From Vitrella brassicaformis CCMP3155 (Eukaryota; Protista; Chromerida), in the NCBI GenBank assembly GCA_001179505.1, contig CDMY01000275.1, positions 186,001-250,000 of the forward strand: DNA of 64,000 bases. The letters are read 5' to 3'. The notes below the pieces were generated by a model. The model was given only the letters and a program-made list of their open reading frames with translations, ran no database searches and was not told where the DNA came from. The translations under genes were made by a program, and so were the position numbers. Positions 36,146-48,532 of this stretch are shown here, one piece after another (position 1 is the stretch's first letter; each line of letters starts with the position of its first letter).

Positions 36146-37298
36146 TCATTCGCCGCAGAAGTTGATGCGGAAGAAGGGGTGGGTGAGCAGCTGTTTGGGG
36201 CCGGCCCGCATGGCTGGGTCGATCTGCAGCAGCAGCCGCACAAAGTCCGCAAACGCACGGTGCCGCGGGGACACCAGACTCTGACATGTCACACACACAC
36301 AGACACAGAGCCGGCAGAAACACATGACAGCGCGTCGCGTACGGCTGGGTGGGCGGGGTGGCGTGCGTCTCGTATGTGTCGGCTGTGTACCTACCTCTAA
36401 TGGCTTTGTGCGCTGCACGGCTCGCAGTGAGGAACTGCCCCCGGCACCGCTGGGCCTGATTGATGCACACAACACAAGGCAACGACAACGTGCGTGGCGT
36501 GTCCCTGTTTGCTGACTGAAAAGTGTGGTCAATGATTATTTCACACACCAGTTGAGTCGTCTGGTTCGTGGATTGACCAGCTCTTTGGTGGCCACGTCGT
36601 TGTTGATGAGGACGCGGTCCAGCATGGCCTGCGGAATCGGATGCAACGCAGCCTCCTGCATAGGTAGACCACACACAAAGAGGAACGCATAGCCGTGTGT
36701 GCGTGTGTGTCGGGTGGATGGATGCCTTGTGGGTGTGCAGTGCAGTGCGTGTGTAATGAATGTAGGTACCATCATTGCCAGGTGCTCGAGGCTGTCATGG
36801 GTGCTGAATAACATTTCGCCCGTATACTGCACAGACAGACAGACAGACAGATTCACACATGGCCAGATTCACTCACTGTTGCGTGTGCCATGCCATCTCT
36901 CCCTCCCTCCCTCCCCCCTCCCTCCCTCCGCTGTTTGGCTGACCATTTCCATGAGTATGCATCCGAGGCACCAGAGGTCGCTGCTGTAGGTCCACGAGAC
37001 GCCCAAGACCACCTCTGGGGCGCGATACTGCTTGGTGTTGATGACGCTACAGTGATGGTCGTGCTCGAACGTCGCACCACCGAAATCTATGACTGCAACA
37101 TTCCATTCAAAGCGCATGGCGAATGAGTGTGGTGTGGGGTAGTGGTTGGCTCTCTCTCTGTTTTGTGTTCCTTTGTACTTTTGATGTCAGATCTGGCGGG
37201 GCGGCAGAAGTGGTCGCACAGAGAGACGCCAGATATCTGCAGCGGGGAGAGCGACACAGACAGACAGACGGATGACGAATGTTCGTGCCGGCTGTTTC

Positions 37299-37331
<33 letters not shown>

Positions 37332-39804
37332 CATACCCGTGATGGCGGCACTGTGGACACCGTGTGCGGGTCGACGAACAACACATTCTCCGGCTGAACA
37401 CACACACACACACACACACAAGAAGCCACCCACCCAAGCATGTGGCACGACACCATCACGTTCCGCCCCGCCATGCCGGTGGTCCAGCTCACCTTGAGGT
37501 CGGTGTGTGTGAGCTGAATGCTCTGGAGGAAGTCCAGTGCCTCCAGCGCCTGCCTCGCCACGGCCTGGGTGTCCTCGAGGTAGAAGCCCTTGAAAGTATT
37601 GCGCTTCAGCAGGTCGTACAGACTCGACCCCAGCTTCTCGAACACCAGGCAGATGTGCTGCCCCTCATCGCCAACACCACCACACACATCGCCCCCCGGC
37701 ATGTCGTATGGCGACACAGAATGGGTGTGGGCGCGCACGTCGTTGCAGCGCTTGCAGAAGTAGAAGGTGTCGACAAGCCTCACGCAGTGGGAGAGGTCGA
37801 CAGGCCCGCCGCCGCCGAGCTCGGCCTCTCTGCTTGTGACTTCTCGCAGGATGTCGGCCTCTATCTTGGCGGCATCGGTGTACCTCTTGACGTCACGAAC
37901 CACCTGAATGGACGGACGACACAGAAGGGGCGCTCGAGCGTTGCTGCCTGTGTTGGCGCATGTGAGTGTGCGTACCTTGATTGCTACTCGCTGTCCGGTC
38001 CGCAGGTCTATGGCGGCCACAACGCGTCCAAACGTACCGTCGCCCAACAAACTCTCCTGCAGTGCATGCAGCAGACAGCACATGGGCAAGCAATAGGTCC
38101 ATCCATCCATCCCTCCTTTCATCCATCCCTCCATCATGTGTGTGTGTGTCCCCTCCGCTGACTTACCACTCTATATCTGTGCCCCATGATCATGCCGGCA
38201 GTCCACTCGAAATGCACTATCTCGTCGTCATCTTCATCCTTGTGCTTGGCCTTGCCCTTACCCACACCCTTGGCCCCCACATGCACCGCAGGCGCATGGT
38301 GCACTCCCACAGCTGGTGGCTGGGGCTGGGGCGGTTGCTGCACACCCACTGGCATGGCCCCCACACCGCCTCCGACATACACGGCCTGGTAGCCCGGCTG
38401 TGCCCCCGCGCCGCTCGTCATGCCCGGGTGATACCTGGGGGAGTTGTTGACCTCCATGCCTGATCCACAGAGGGGAGGGGGAGGGGCGACGGCCCGTGAG
38501 TGGGGTGGGGCGGGGGGCATGTAGTTGCGATTGTCGTAAGTCATGAGCGGCGAGCTGGAGTACCCTGCCGATGCCGCGCCGCTCTCCTGTCTCTCCCATG
38601 GCGCACAAGAGGGCACATGGGAGCCCAATGGTGGCACCTGGCCTGCCCCTGGCGGCCCCTGCCACTTGCGAGGGTCGCTACTGGAACGACCAGACGAGCT
38701 CTCGCCAGATGACGAACTGGACGACGAGCTCACCGACGACACGGCCCGCTGTGGCTGCCCCTCCGACTGCAGACTCTGCCCTCCAACATACAAGTGGTTG
38801 CCCATTGGCATGGCCCTCATGTGCCGATCCCGCGGCAGCGAACGAGACCGGGACGACGAGCACACAGCGATGCTTCGCGGCCGGTGGCCGTTGGCTGCGG
38901 TGGGGAGAAGCGGGGGCGTGTCGGAGGGGCGGAAGGGGGCGTGGGGTGGGGGGGCGTAGGGGTCGGCTCGAGGCTGTGGATGCGCAAACGGAGGGGCGTG
39001 GCGGAGGGCCGACGCCTGGTATGGTGGGGGCTGTGGCCGGCCGGCATATCGCAGGTCGACGGGGTGCTCCACGGTGGCGTTGTGAGTGCCGATGTCCACA
39101 CGCCGCATCTTCGCGCGCAGGCCGGGCGACGAGCGGTGCGCACCATAGTGAGGATGGTGGTGGGCCATGTCTCCACCAGAAGCCGCTTGCGCTCCACTGG
39201 GCGAGACAAAGCTCCCATGGCCGCCGTCGTGACTGTGACCCATGTAGGGATCCACCGGACCACCATAGCCTCCCTTGCCCGCAAACTGGGGCGACGTGCT
39301 CGTGAAATGACCATGCTTGGCAAACCGCCGCTGCTGACCACCCCGGTAAGCCGAGTGGTGCGCCTCCTCGATAGCATATGGCGGGTCAGACATGCCCCCA
39401 CCGTTGCCGACCACCCGCCATCCGTCGGCCGTCTGCATGGGCTGGTCCGAGTGCTGCGTCATGCTGCGATGCACCTGCATCCGGTCCGAGTAGTAGCTGT
39501 CGCTGCTGGGGGGGTATGCAGACGACGAGTCAGCGCTGAGAGGCCCCTCAGCCGTGGACATGTGGTTGAGCTTCCGCTTGCCCGACGGCGTGGGTAGGGA
39601 TGGTGCGGAGGGAGCAGCGGCCACGTCGGCCATCTCTGTGACGCTGGCGGTGGTGCTGTTGGTGAACCAGGACATCTGATGGTGCGGTTGGGGCTGCTGG
39701 AACGCGCTGTGATGGGCAGGAAGGGGCTGGTTAGCGTCATCAGCATACCCGTGAGTGCTCGGGAAGGTAGAGACACTGCAGGGGAAGCCAACCAAGCCAG
39801 CCAT
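36146..39804 (-). CDS. CLK1: LAMMER/CLK dual-specificity SR-protein kinase with a long disordered N-terminus
   Basis: LLGDGTFGRVV, VAIK, HTDLKPENVL, IIDFGGAT, QYRAPEVVLG, SDLWCLGCIL and the signature HDSLEHLAMM. Confidence 0.97.
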
Positions 39805-40283
39805 AGCCAAGATGGTGTCAGAAATAACGGACGCACCGTCACCGTCGTCTAAGGTCGACTTACGTGGTGTTATGTGGGTTCCACGGGTCGAATGGCTGTC
39901 CCCATTGGGGATGGGAGGTCATCCTGAACACCGAACAACGCCATCAAAGTCATCCGGCGAAATCCAAGTGAGCTCGCTCCGCTCCCCAGTGTTCCCCCTC
40001 CCTCGTCCCCGTCTTACCGAACGTAGGCAGTCGCCATCGCCCACCGCTACAGGCAAACGAACGACGCCTTCATCGCCACCGAGAGGGTCAGCTCCTCGTC
40101 GCCTCGCCGCATCAAATCCCAGCTTGTCGACAAAGCTGTCACGGGTGGGAAGCCAAGCTTTCTTCAGCCTCTTTTGTCATCGGAGTCTCAAACACGCTCG
40201 TTTTCTGACGGCTGGCTGCGTTTTTTCCACGGTGCGAGCCAAGAGCCACGGTTTCACGGAGGGGTAGAGTTGTGGTCGAGGGG

Positions 40284-43200
40284 ATGCCCCGGCGCTCTGC
40301 CGCTGTCGCTGCAGCAGAAACATGGGACTACGACAGTCAGCAGAAAGGTAAGCAACGCAGATCTGCCAATTCGACACTCCTGCACTCGCATCCTGGTTTT
40401 CTCCTCCCTCGTGTGATCTGTCACTCACTGCAGATTTCCTCAGCAAGCTGTATGCGCAGAGTCAGGACGGCCCCTCTGCTCGCAGACTGGCGCTCCTGGC
40501 CGTCTGGCGCAAAAGGCGATGGTTCGTGGTCGTGTGGCTGGCGTGCGTGGCGGTGTTGATGTGGCGGCTGGTGGTGTACATACTGGGTGCACTGTATGCT
40601 GTGGATGAGCCGTTTGTGCCCCGCAATGTGACGGACGTCGAGTTTGAGCCGTCGCGGGTGGGATTCTTCGCCATACCCAGATGGGAGCTCCCCGGTGTCG
40701 GTAATAAAGTGGAGGGAGCAGAGACCAACGGCAGCGGGTTTGATTTGCAGATCTGCTGCTTTCGTATGCGTCTGGATATGTTTCAGGCGGCCCCGCGGCG
40801 CCCGATCTCTGGAGCGGTGCCTTCTTTCGGAATGCATCATCACCACAGGGCCGTCGGCTGTCCGCCTTTGATGACCAGGCTGCCGACACATCCAACACAT
40901 CCGTCCCCCTCCCTCCCGCTCCCGCCCATCCGCTGCCCACCAACAAATGGTGGTCCAACCTCATCATGCCCCCCGGACATGGCGACAAACACGGCGTCAA
41001 CCAGGCGCCATATCTGGTGCGTGTGGTGGCCGATGTCCATCGGATCGGGCTGCACGTCCACGCCCCATACAGCGTGACCTACCAGGGGGGCGATGGCGAC
41101 TTTGTCAACACGGTGGAGGCATACTCGACGCCATTTGGGCCGGACGCCATGGGATGGTTCGTGGGCATATCGATCCCCGTTCGCTCGGCGTATCGGCATC
41201 TGGTGGAGGACTTCGACGAGCTGTCGGTGACCAAGGTGTTTCACTATGCCGACAGAGTGTCGAAGCGGGGGAGATTTAAGACTCTCCGCAGCTGGCTGGT
41301 CCGCGGCAGCCCTTTCATGACCCTAGAGTGGCCCCAGGACCATTTCGAGGCGAGACCTGTGTACAGAAACCGCAATGCCAACCTACCCAACACCATCCTA
41401 TGGTGAGATCAGATCAGATCGTGGATGGGGTGGGGGACGGATCAATGGGATCAATGGATGGGGAGTCTCCGTGGAGGGGTGTCTGTGTGTGAAGGTTTGG
41501 CACCCCTGGCGAGCAGTACAACTGCACGGAAGACACATTCGCCAACCAAACACCGGTCAGTTCTAAGGGATTGATCAGCGGCTGGGGAGCTTGGTCCGTC
41601 CATAAGCCGCGCGTGTCTGATGTCTGTCGTTGATGTGGATGTGTGCAGGTTGAGTCTGACCTCTTCTACATCCAGCTGATGGACGGATCAGAGTGGGGAT
41701 TCGTATTCTCAGCTCCAGTAAGATAGAAGGATAGATGCACCGCACCGTGGGCACACACATGACATGCCCGAGAGAGACATTCATTGCTTTACCTACCTTT
41801 GTCCATCCTTCAGGTGGTCCTCCGCTGCCATTACGACTCCCGCAGCCGCCACTCACTTCTCAAGAGCGACTACCCACTGGCCGAGGGGACGATAGTGCGT
41901 GTGGGTCTCATGTCTGCGTGTAAGCACGAGCATGTGGTGGGGCAGTACGACATGGACAAGATTAACGCCATGCACATGGAGGGAATCAGACGCCTGTGCG
42001 ATGAAACACGAGAGCTCAAGAGGTGAACACAGGCCTGCCTGGCAGGCCAGGCGGCCAGGGGGCAGCCAACATACATACCTACCCGCATTGTGTGTGTGCG
42101 TGCGTATGTGGTGTGGTGTTCAGGAGCACCTTCTGGTCATCGGCTGTGTGGTATCCTGTCGGCGGCACTGTGGAAATCGACCTGAAGGACGGCCATGCAG
42201 ACCTGTACTACCGTTATCGGTATCGCCGGCTGCCCTCCACTACCTCATCCCTCAACCATCCAAAGGCCATCGTCCTCTTACACGCACTCCACAGGTCCGC
42301 ACGCACACAAATAGAATGGCTGCCGGCTGTTCGCCAATTACGGCCCGCCAATGTGTGTTCCCTTCCCCCAATCTGTGTGCCGTGCCAGGTGGATGTTGCT
42401 GCCTGCATCGCGTCGCCCTCGGCCACTGCCAGACCCTACGTCGACCGACGACGACCCAGTGCCGCCACACGACTGCATCGACACTGTCCACGTGAGACAC
42501 AAAGACAGACCGCCCCACACCCATCCAGACACAATGAACACAGATACCATTCTGTTCATCTTTTGTGTATGTTTGTTTCAGGGCGAGCAGTGCGCGTGGG
42601 AAGCCGAGCCAGTGCCTGTGAGTGGGACGGGATGGATGCCGGGAGCCGACAGGGCGGCAAACCACTCACACCGGTGTGTGTGTTGTGTGGTTTGGTACAT
42701 ACAGGTCGAATCTGCGTCACACAGCCATGAGGTGGTAGTGGCCTTCAGGCGGCTGCCGTACTCACAGGTATCGTGGCACGGCCCCGCACCCATCCCCAAG
42801 CAGTGGGCCCTCCTGATCAGAGAGCAGTTGATCCGTGACGTCCGCGACAAGAATATCATCCCCCCTCAGAGGGTCATGAGGGGGCGGGTCGACCCTATCG
42901 AATTCGGACAGGTGAGTGAGAAGGGACGGACGGACGGACGGACGGCAGGAGGGCCTGCCTGTGCTGTGTAACCATCCCATCCCGCTCTCCTTTCAACCCA
43001 TGTATGCATCAATCAATCAATCAGGTCATGTACAAGTTTGGCCGCATGGCGCTGATCGCTGACGCACTGGGCAAGTCCAGCAAGCGGGAACTCAACTATG
43101 TAAGTGCGTCTGTCTGTCTGTCTGTCTGTCACGAGGAGAGAGAACCAATCGGGAGGGAGGGAGTAGGTCTGTCTGTGTCTCTTTCCTTTCTTTCGTCTGA

Positions 43201-45060
43201 TGATCAGGCCACCAACTACGCCAGGGACGGTCTTGAGCGTTGGCTCAACTTCACTGGGGGCAACAAGTTCATGTACGACACGCACTGGGGAGGTTTGGTG
43301 CCCTGTGGCTGTGATGTCTTTGAGGGCAAGTGCTACAACAAAGGTACGGTAGGTAGGTACCAAGGGGACAGCACGACATCCGTCCGCACCTCAAACATGG
43401 TCTGTCTCTGTGACTGGTGGATGGTGAATGAAAGGTCCCATGCATTGGGAGACGGGGGGATGCCCCGCCCTGCAGATGGCCGATGTCGACTCAGGTGTGC
43501 AGGCAAGCTAAGCTGCACACGTAGCGACCGACCGACACGCGTGGCCGGCTGGCCATTGATTGGGTTATCGCCGGCCGCCTGTTGTGTGTGGCTAAAGGTA
43601 TGGGTTTCTATTCGTCCCACATCATCGCATTCGGCTACCTCATTTTCCTCGCCGCCGTCACGGCAAGATTCTCGCCCAACTTCCTGACGAGGCGCATCCA
43701 AATAAGGGTGGGTGGGTGTACTGACTGCAACACATCATGGCCTGAGTGTGTGTCCCTCCCTGCGTGTGTTGCAGGTGTCTAATGGTGTGTACTTGAGTGC
43801 TTCCTACCACGACATAGTGTGGACGTGGATACGCAACGTGGCCACACCCGGACACATCATCGGACAACACACATACAGGTAGGGAGGTAGGGAAACGAGG
43901 AGGAAAGGCCTACGCCAGGCAGGCACCGTGGCAGCCTGTCGCTTGTGCGGCTTCCTTGCGTGCAGCAACGCGACGCTTCAGGGTCATTTGTCTGGTCACT
44001 TTGCTCCCCACCGACACAAGGACTGGTGGTACCTCAACTCGTGGACATCAGGTAGTAGGCAAAGGGCCGCTGACTGACTGAAGGGACACATCGATCTACT
44101 CGACTCGCTTTGTGGGCGTGCAGGAATGATGCCCGACGGTCGGGGGCCGCGTACCGACAGCGCATCGGAGATCGCCTTCGCCTACCACGCCATTGGCTTG
44201 TATGCACTGGCTGTGGGCGACAAGGACCTGCACACGTGAGAGAGACAACGGCAAGGCTGACTGCAAGGCTGACTGACTGACATTAGTTCCTTTCTTAACG
44301 CTGTGTGTGCAGGTGGGCGTCATTTCTGACTGGGACGGAGATCCTCTTCGCCAACGCATTCATGCACATCAACTCAGGTGTGTATGTATACCCACAAATG
44401 GTGGGCCAGCAGCAACACCCGTGTGGTGTGTGTCTGTCAGCGTCTGAGACCTACCCCGTGTCAGTCCGTCGCATGATGCGTCACGTGGGTGCCTTCTACG
44501 ACATGGAGGCCTCCTACTCCCCAGCCTACAGCACCTCACCCAACGCGGCCCACGGCACCCAGCTGCTGCCCCTCTCTCCCCTGTCCTTCGAAGCACTCGA
44601 ACCCAAGTGGATGCTCTGGGCCTGGGACAGGTAGGTACCTACCTGAACACACAGACAGACAGACGACACAGCGAGCATGCCTGACATGGCAACGCAACGC
44701 TTGTGTGGTTGGTGTGTCCGTGTCAGGTTTGAGGGTGCGTGTAAGGGTCGTGACTGCGTGGACAGTGGGTGGGTGAGCGCGCTCGCAGCTGCCCATGTGT
44801 ATGTGCGAGCAGCCGACATGAAAACCTCACTCAAGAAATTCCAGGCTATCGATTGCTTCAGGGTAGGCACAAACGTGTGTCTCTCATTCATTGATTGGTC
44901 TGTGTGTATGTATGTGTGTTTGTAGGAGCGGTATCCTGCGTGTCGGACGTTGAGCAGGAGTATCATGTACTGGTGGGGGGCCATGGTGGAGGCGGTCGAC
45001 GGCGCACTGGGCGTATCGGGCCCCTCGCCGCAATATGCCTACAACTTCACCGTCTTCTAG
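40284..45060 (+). CDS. GH81 endo-beta-1,3-glucanase-like protein with an N-terminal membrane anchor and degenerate active site
   Basis: PLPTNKWWSNL, SPFMTL, YKFGRMALIA, YDTHWGGLVPCGC, FY..H...GY.I..AAV.A.F.P, KDWWYLNSWTSG, DGRGPRTDSASE and HGTQLLPLSP. Signal anchor RRWFVVVWLACVAVLMWRLVVYILGAL; ends YNFTVF* at 45060. Confidence 0.9.
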
Positions 45061-45674
45061 ACCTTATTTACTCTGCCTCTCTCTGTCTGCCTATCTATCT
45101 ATCGGTGTGCATGTCATGGACGTATGTGTGTATGTGTGTCTATGTTATGTTATGTTTGTATACTGCCCTCTCTTCTCAGATCAGGTGAGGTGGACGAACG
45201 CAGGTGTGGTGTGGTGTGGTGTGCCATGGTTTCTATCTCCCTATCATCTATCTATTTGTCGGCATGCCTGGTATGGATATTCCAAAGTGCGTATGTTCGT
45301 AGGTAGGTATCGGGTGGTTCGTCTTGCATTTGGCGAGACATCCAGCCAGCCAGCCCCTTCTGAAAAAGGTCAGTCAGTCAGGCTCTTCCTTCAATCGAGT
45401 GAGTGTTTTGGTCAGTCAGTCAGTGTTTTGTAGTCACGAAGGCCAGTCAGGTGGCGCGTGCATGAGATGGTGTGATACATGTGATCTCAGGTAGGTAGCA
45501 GATGAATCAGGTAGCAGTCAGTGAATTAATTAGGTCAGCAGCGTGCCTGCAGTCATGTCATGCGTGCGATTGTCGATCGACGTCGAGTGAGTGTCAGTCA
45601 GCACGAAGGACTATCTCTATCTAGTACATGTATGTAACGTGAGCGGCGTCCGTCCGTTTGCACGGTCATGTCAT

Positions 45675-46536
45675 TCAGCATGCGAGTGGCTGCAGCCTGC
45701 CGTTTCCATCGGGCGATATCTCATGTATCAACTCGTCAGCCAGCCGCGACACACACTGCACCCACACACACGCACACACGGCAGAACAGACAGAGAATTG
45801 CCACGAGGGGCCCCGGGTGCCCTCGGCCATTTCGTCCACTCACCCACCCTCTCACCTCACCTCCTTGTCGACTCCGGTGACATTTGCTGGCACGGTGCAC
45901 TCATATAGACAGAATCGCTGCAGCAACAAACATCCATCATAAGGGCGCTGCTCGTCTTCGCCCTCCGTGTCTGTCTGTCAGTTGCATTGCCCACCTCGTA
46001 TTCCGCATACTATTTGCCCATCCATTCAAACAGAACACGCACAATCGGGGCGGGACACATGTATGCCATCTCTATTCATGTTTGCAATGGAAATGGGTGC
46101 GGTGCGCACCTCACCTCAGTCGCCGCGAGTATGGGGCTGCCCTGCAGTGCACACGCGTCGTTGCACCGTAGCCCCGATGACAGGGGAGGCAAACCACACT
46201 TCCTGCAGTCATCCATCCATATCTCGCGATCGATGGATGCACTTCACACCTCATCTCATGCATCTGACGTACTTACAGGTTGCAGTGGCCGTTGAGGGCC
46301 GGTTCGTTCTGCGGCAGCGGCTGCGTCAGGCAGCAGCTGCACGTGCATGGCTGCCTCGGGTCAGCCCGCCCTTGCCCGAGCGTTGTCAGGCTGGCGACGG
46401 CCTCGACGATGAGTTCGCCAGGATATCTGCCATGCGTCTGGGCTGCACACACTCCTTCAACAGACACGGCGGCCACGAGCAGAAAAGGGAAAATCACTCT
46501 CCGCTTTGCCACGTAAACACATACCGGGACGATCAT
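45675..46536 (-). CDS. Small secreted cysteine-rich protein (161 aa, 12 Cys in the mature part)
   Basis: Four exons (46536-46277, 46202-46115, 45917-45861, 45755-45675) join in phase at canonical GT-AG sites. Signal-like IFPFLLVAAVSVEG, then CTCSCC...HCNLKCG...RCNDAC...RFCLYEC...KEC...LAC*. Confidence 0.8.
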
Positions 46537-46818
46537 GAAATGAGAGCGTCAAGTCATGAGCAAGTCATGTCGTAATGACGCAGTCCCTTGCGTATCGGTT
46601 CACACGCTTCCGCCTCAATACATGCACGCAGCGCCGCGAAAAACCGCAACGCACCCGCCACAGACACAGACACACACAAAGCATCCGAGCCATCCCAAGC
46701 CACAGCCACCAGCTCAGACACACACACCGTCTCATACTGCGATGATGCTCTCCATGCTCTCACCCCAAGCTCTCTCTCTACGTGTGCCAAAGAACTGCCC
46801 CCGGCCTGCTGCCAAAGA

Positions 46819-48327
46819 TCAGAACTCGAGCATGTCCTCCTTTGGGTATCCGAGTGCCTCGAGGTTGGCCTTGCAGGCATACTTGATCATGGGCGGGGGG
46901 CCGCACATGAGGATGAGCGTGTCCGGGGCCGGGGGCGGCAGGTGCTCCTGGATCATCTCCTTGGTGATGAACCCGCTGCTGTACTTCCAGCCGGCCGAGG
47001 GGGGGCGGTCCAGTGTGTACCACAGCTTGAAGCGGTCGGGGTGCTTCTGCAGCTCGGCCTCCAGCATGTCACGCACAAGAATGTCCTCCTCTGTCTGGTT
47101 GGCGAAGATGAGCGACAGCTGGGTCGGATCGTTGGGGTCGGCCAGCACCGCCTGGATCACCTGAAGCATCTGCAGCAGAGCAGCCAACAGCAGCAGGGGG
47201 CAGAGAGGGGGGGGTGGGGGGGGTGGNNNNNNNNNNNNNNNNNNNNNNNNNNNNNNNNNNNNNNNNNNNNNNNNNNNNNNNNNNNNNNNNNNNNNNNNNN
47301 NNNNNNNNNNNNNNNNNNNNNNNNNNNNNNNNNNNNNNNNNNNNNNNNNNNNNNNNNNNNNNNNNNNNNNNNNNNNNNNNNNNNNNNNNNNNNNNNNNNN
47401 NNNNNNNNNNNNNNNNNNNNNNNNNNNNNNNNNNNNNNNNNNNNNNNNNNNNNNNNNNNNNNNNNNNNNNNNNNNNNNNNNNNNNNNNNNNNNNNNNNNN
47501 NNNNNNNNNNNNNNNNNNNNNNNNNNGGGGGGGGTGGGAGGAGAGGTCACTGGCAGGCGTCCATGAGTGCATGTGTGTGCCTACCGGTGTGATGCCGGTG
47601 CCTCCCGCCATCATGCCGATTTTCTTCTTGGGGATCTGCTTCTTGCCATACGTGAACAGACCGTTGCCCTGGATGGATGGATAGACAACAGCAGTGTGTT
47701 GATGGCCTGCCATGAGTGGTCGCCCTTTTAAAAGTGTCGGTCGAACCTTGTATTCGATCATGCCAATGGGCCCCATCATGTCAATCGTGTCGCCTATCTC
47801 AAGGCTCTCCAGATACTGCGACATCTTCCCACCTGCAAACACACACACACACACACACATCCAGCAGCTCACATCGTGCATCGCATCGTTCGCTCACCGT
47901 CAGGGAAGCTGTCCTTCTCCCCCCCTCTGTAGACCTTGATCATCAGGTCCACGTGCCCCGGCGTCTCGTCGCCCGTCACGGGCGTGTACTTCCTCTCTAT
48001 CTCTGCCTTGCCGGCCTCGGGATCCGGCCGCTTGTTCCACTCGCCCTCCACCTTGCCCTTCATGTTGGGTGCGAAGAGCTTGAAGTGCTTGCCGATGGGC
48101 AGCCCCAGGATGTAGTTCTTGCCCGGCAGACCCAGCCGGAACTTGCGCGTGTCGTGGGAGACGATGATCTTGTCGATGAGTGTCACCTTTTGCCGCTCCT
48201 TGTTGAGGAACTTCTTGGTCTTGGTCTTCTGGTGGTAGATGTACGCCGCGATGCCCACCGCACACGCGATGCCGGCGCCTGCAGCTGCCACCAGGGGGAG
48301 GGTCGAGCCGTTCGTTGAGTCGGACAT
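46819..48327 (-). CDS. CYB5R: NADH-cytochrome b5 reductase, N-terminally anchored
   Basis: TM anchor, then [54 protein letters not shown] and MCGPPPMI. The second assembly gap lies inside an intron. Confidence 0.97.
47227..47526. other. Assembly gap (300 N) within a CYB5R intron
   Basis: N run flanked on both sides by G-runs. Confidence 1.
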
Positions 48328-48532
48328 GGCTCGCTGATGGGTACGGTGCTGATCTTCGGACGATGAGTCCCTCCCTCGGCCGCCTTGCCGTCTGCTGCAA
48401 ATTTGCGCGCTTATTTGCGATCCGCAAGATTAGCCCGCAAACTTCCGCTACTCCCTTCGGCTGCATTCATTGCAGAAGGCCAAAGCATTTCTCACTGCAG
48501 AAGAAGGCCAAATCGTTCGGAAAGAGCGAGAA

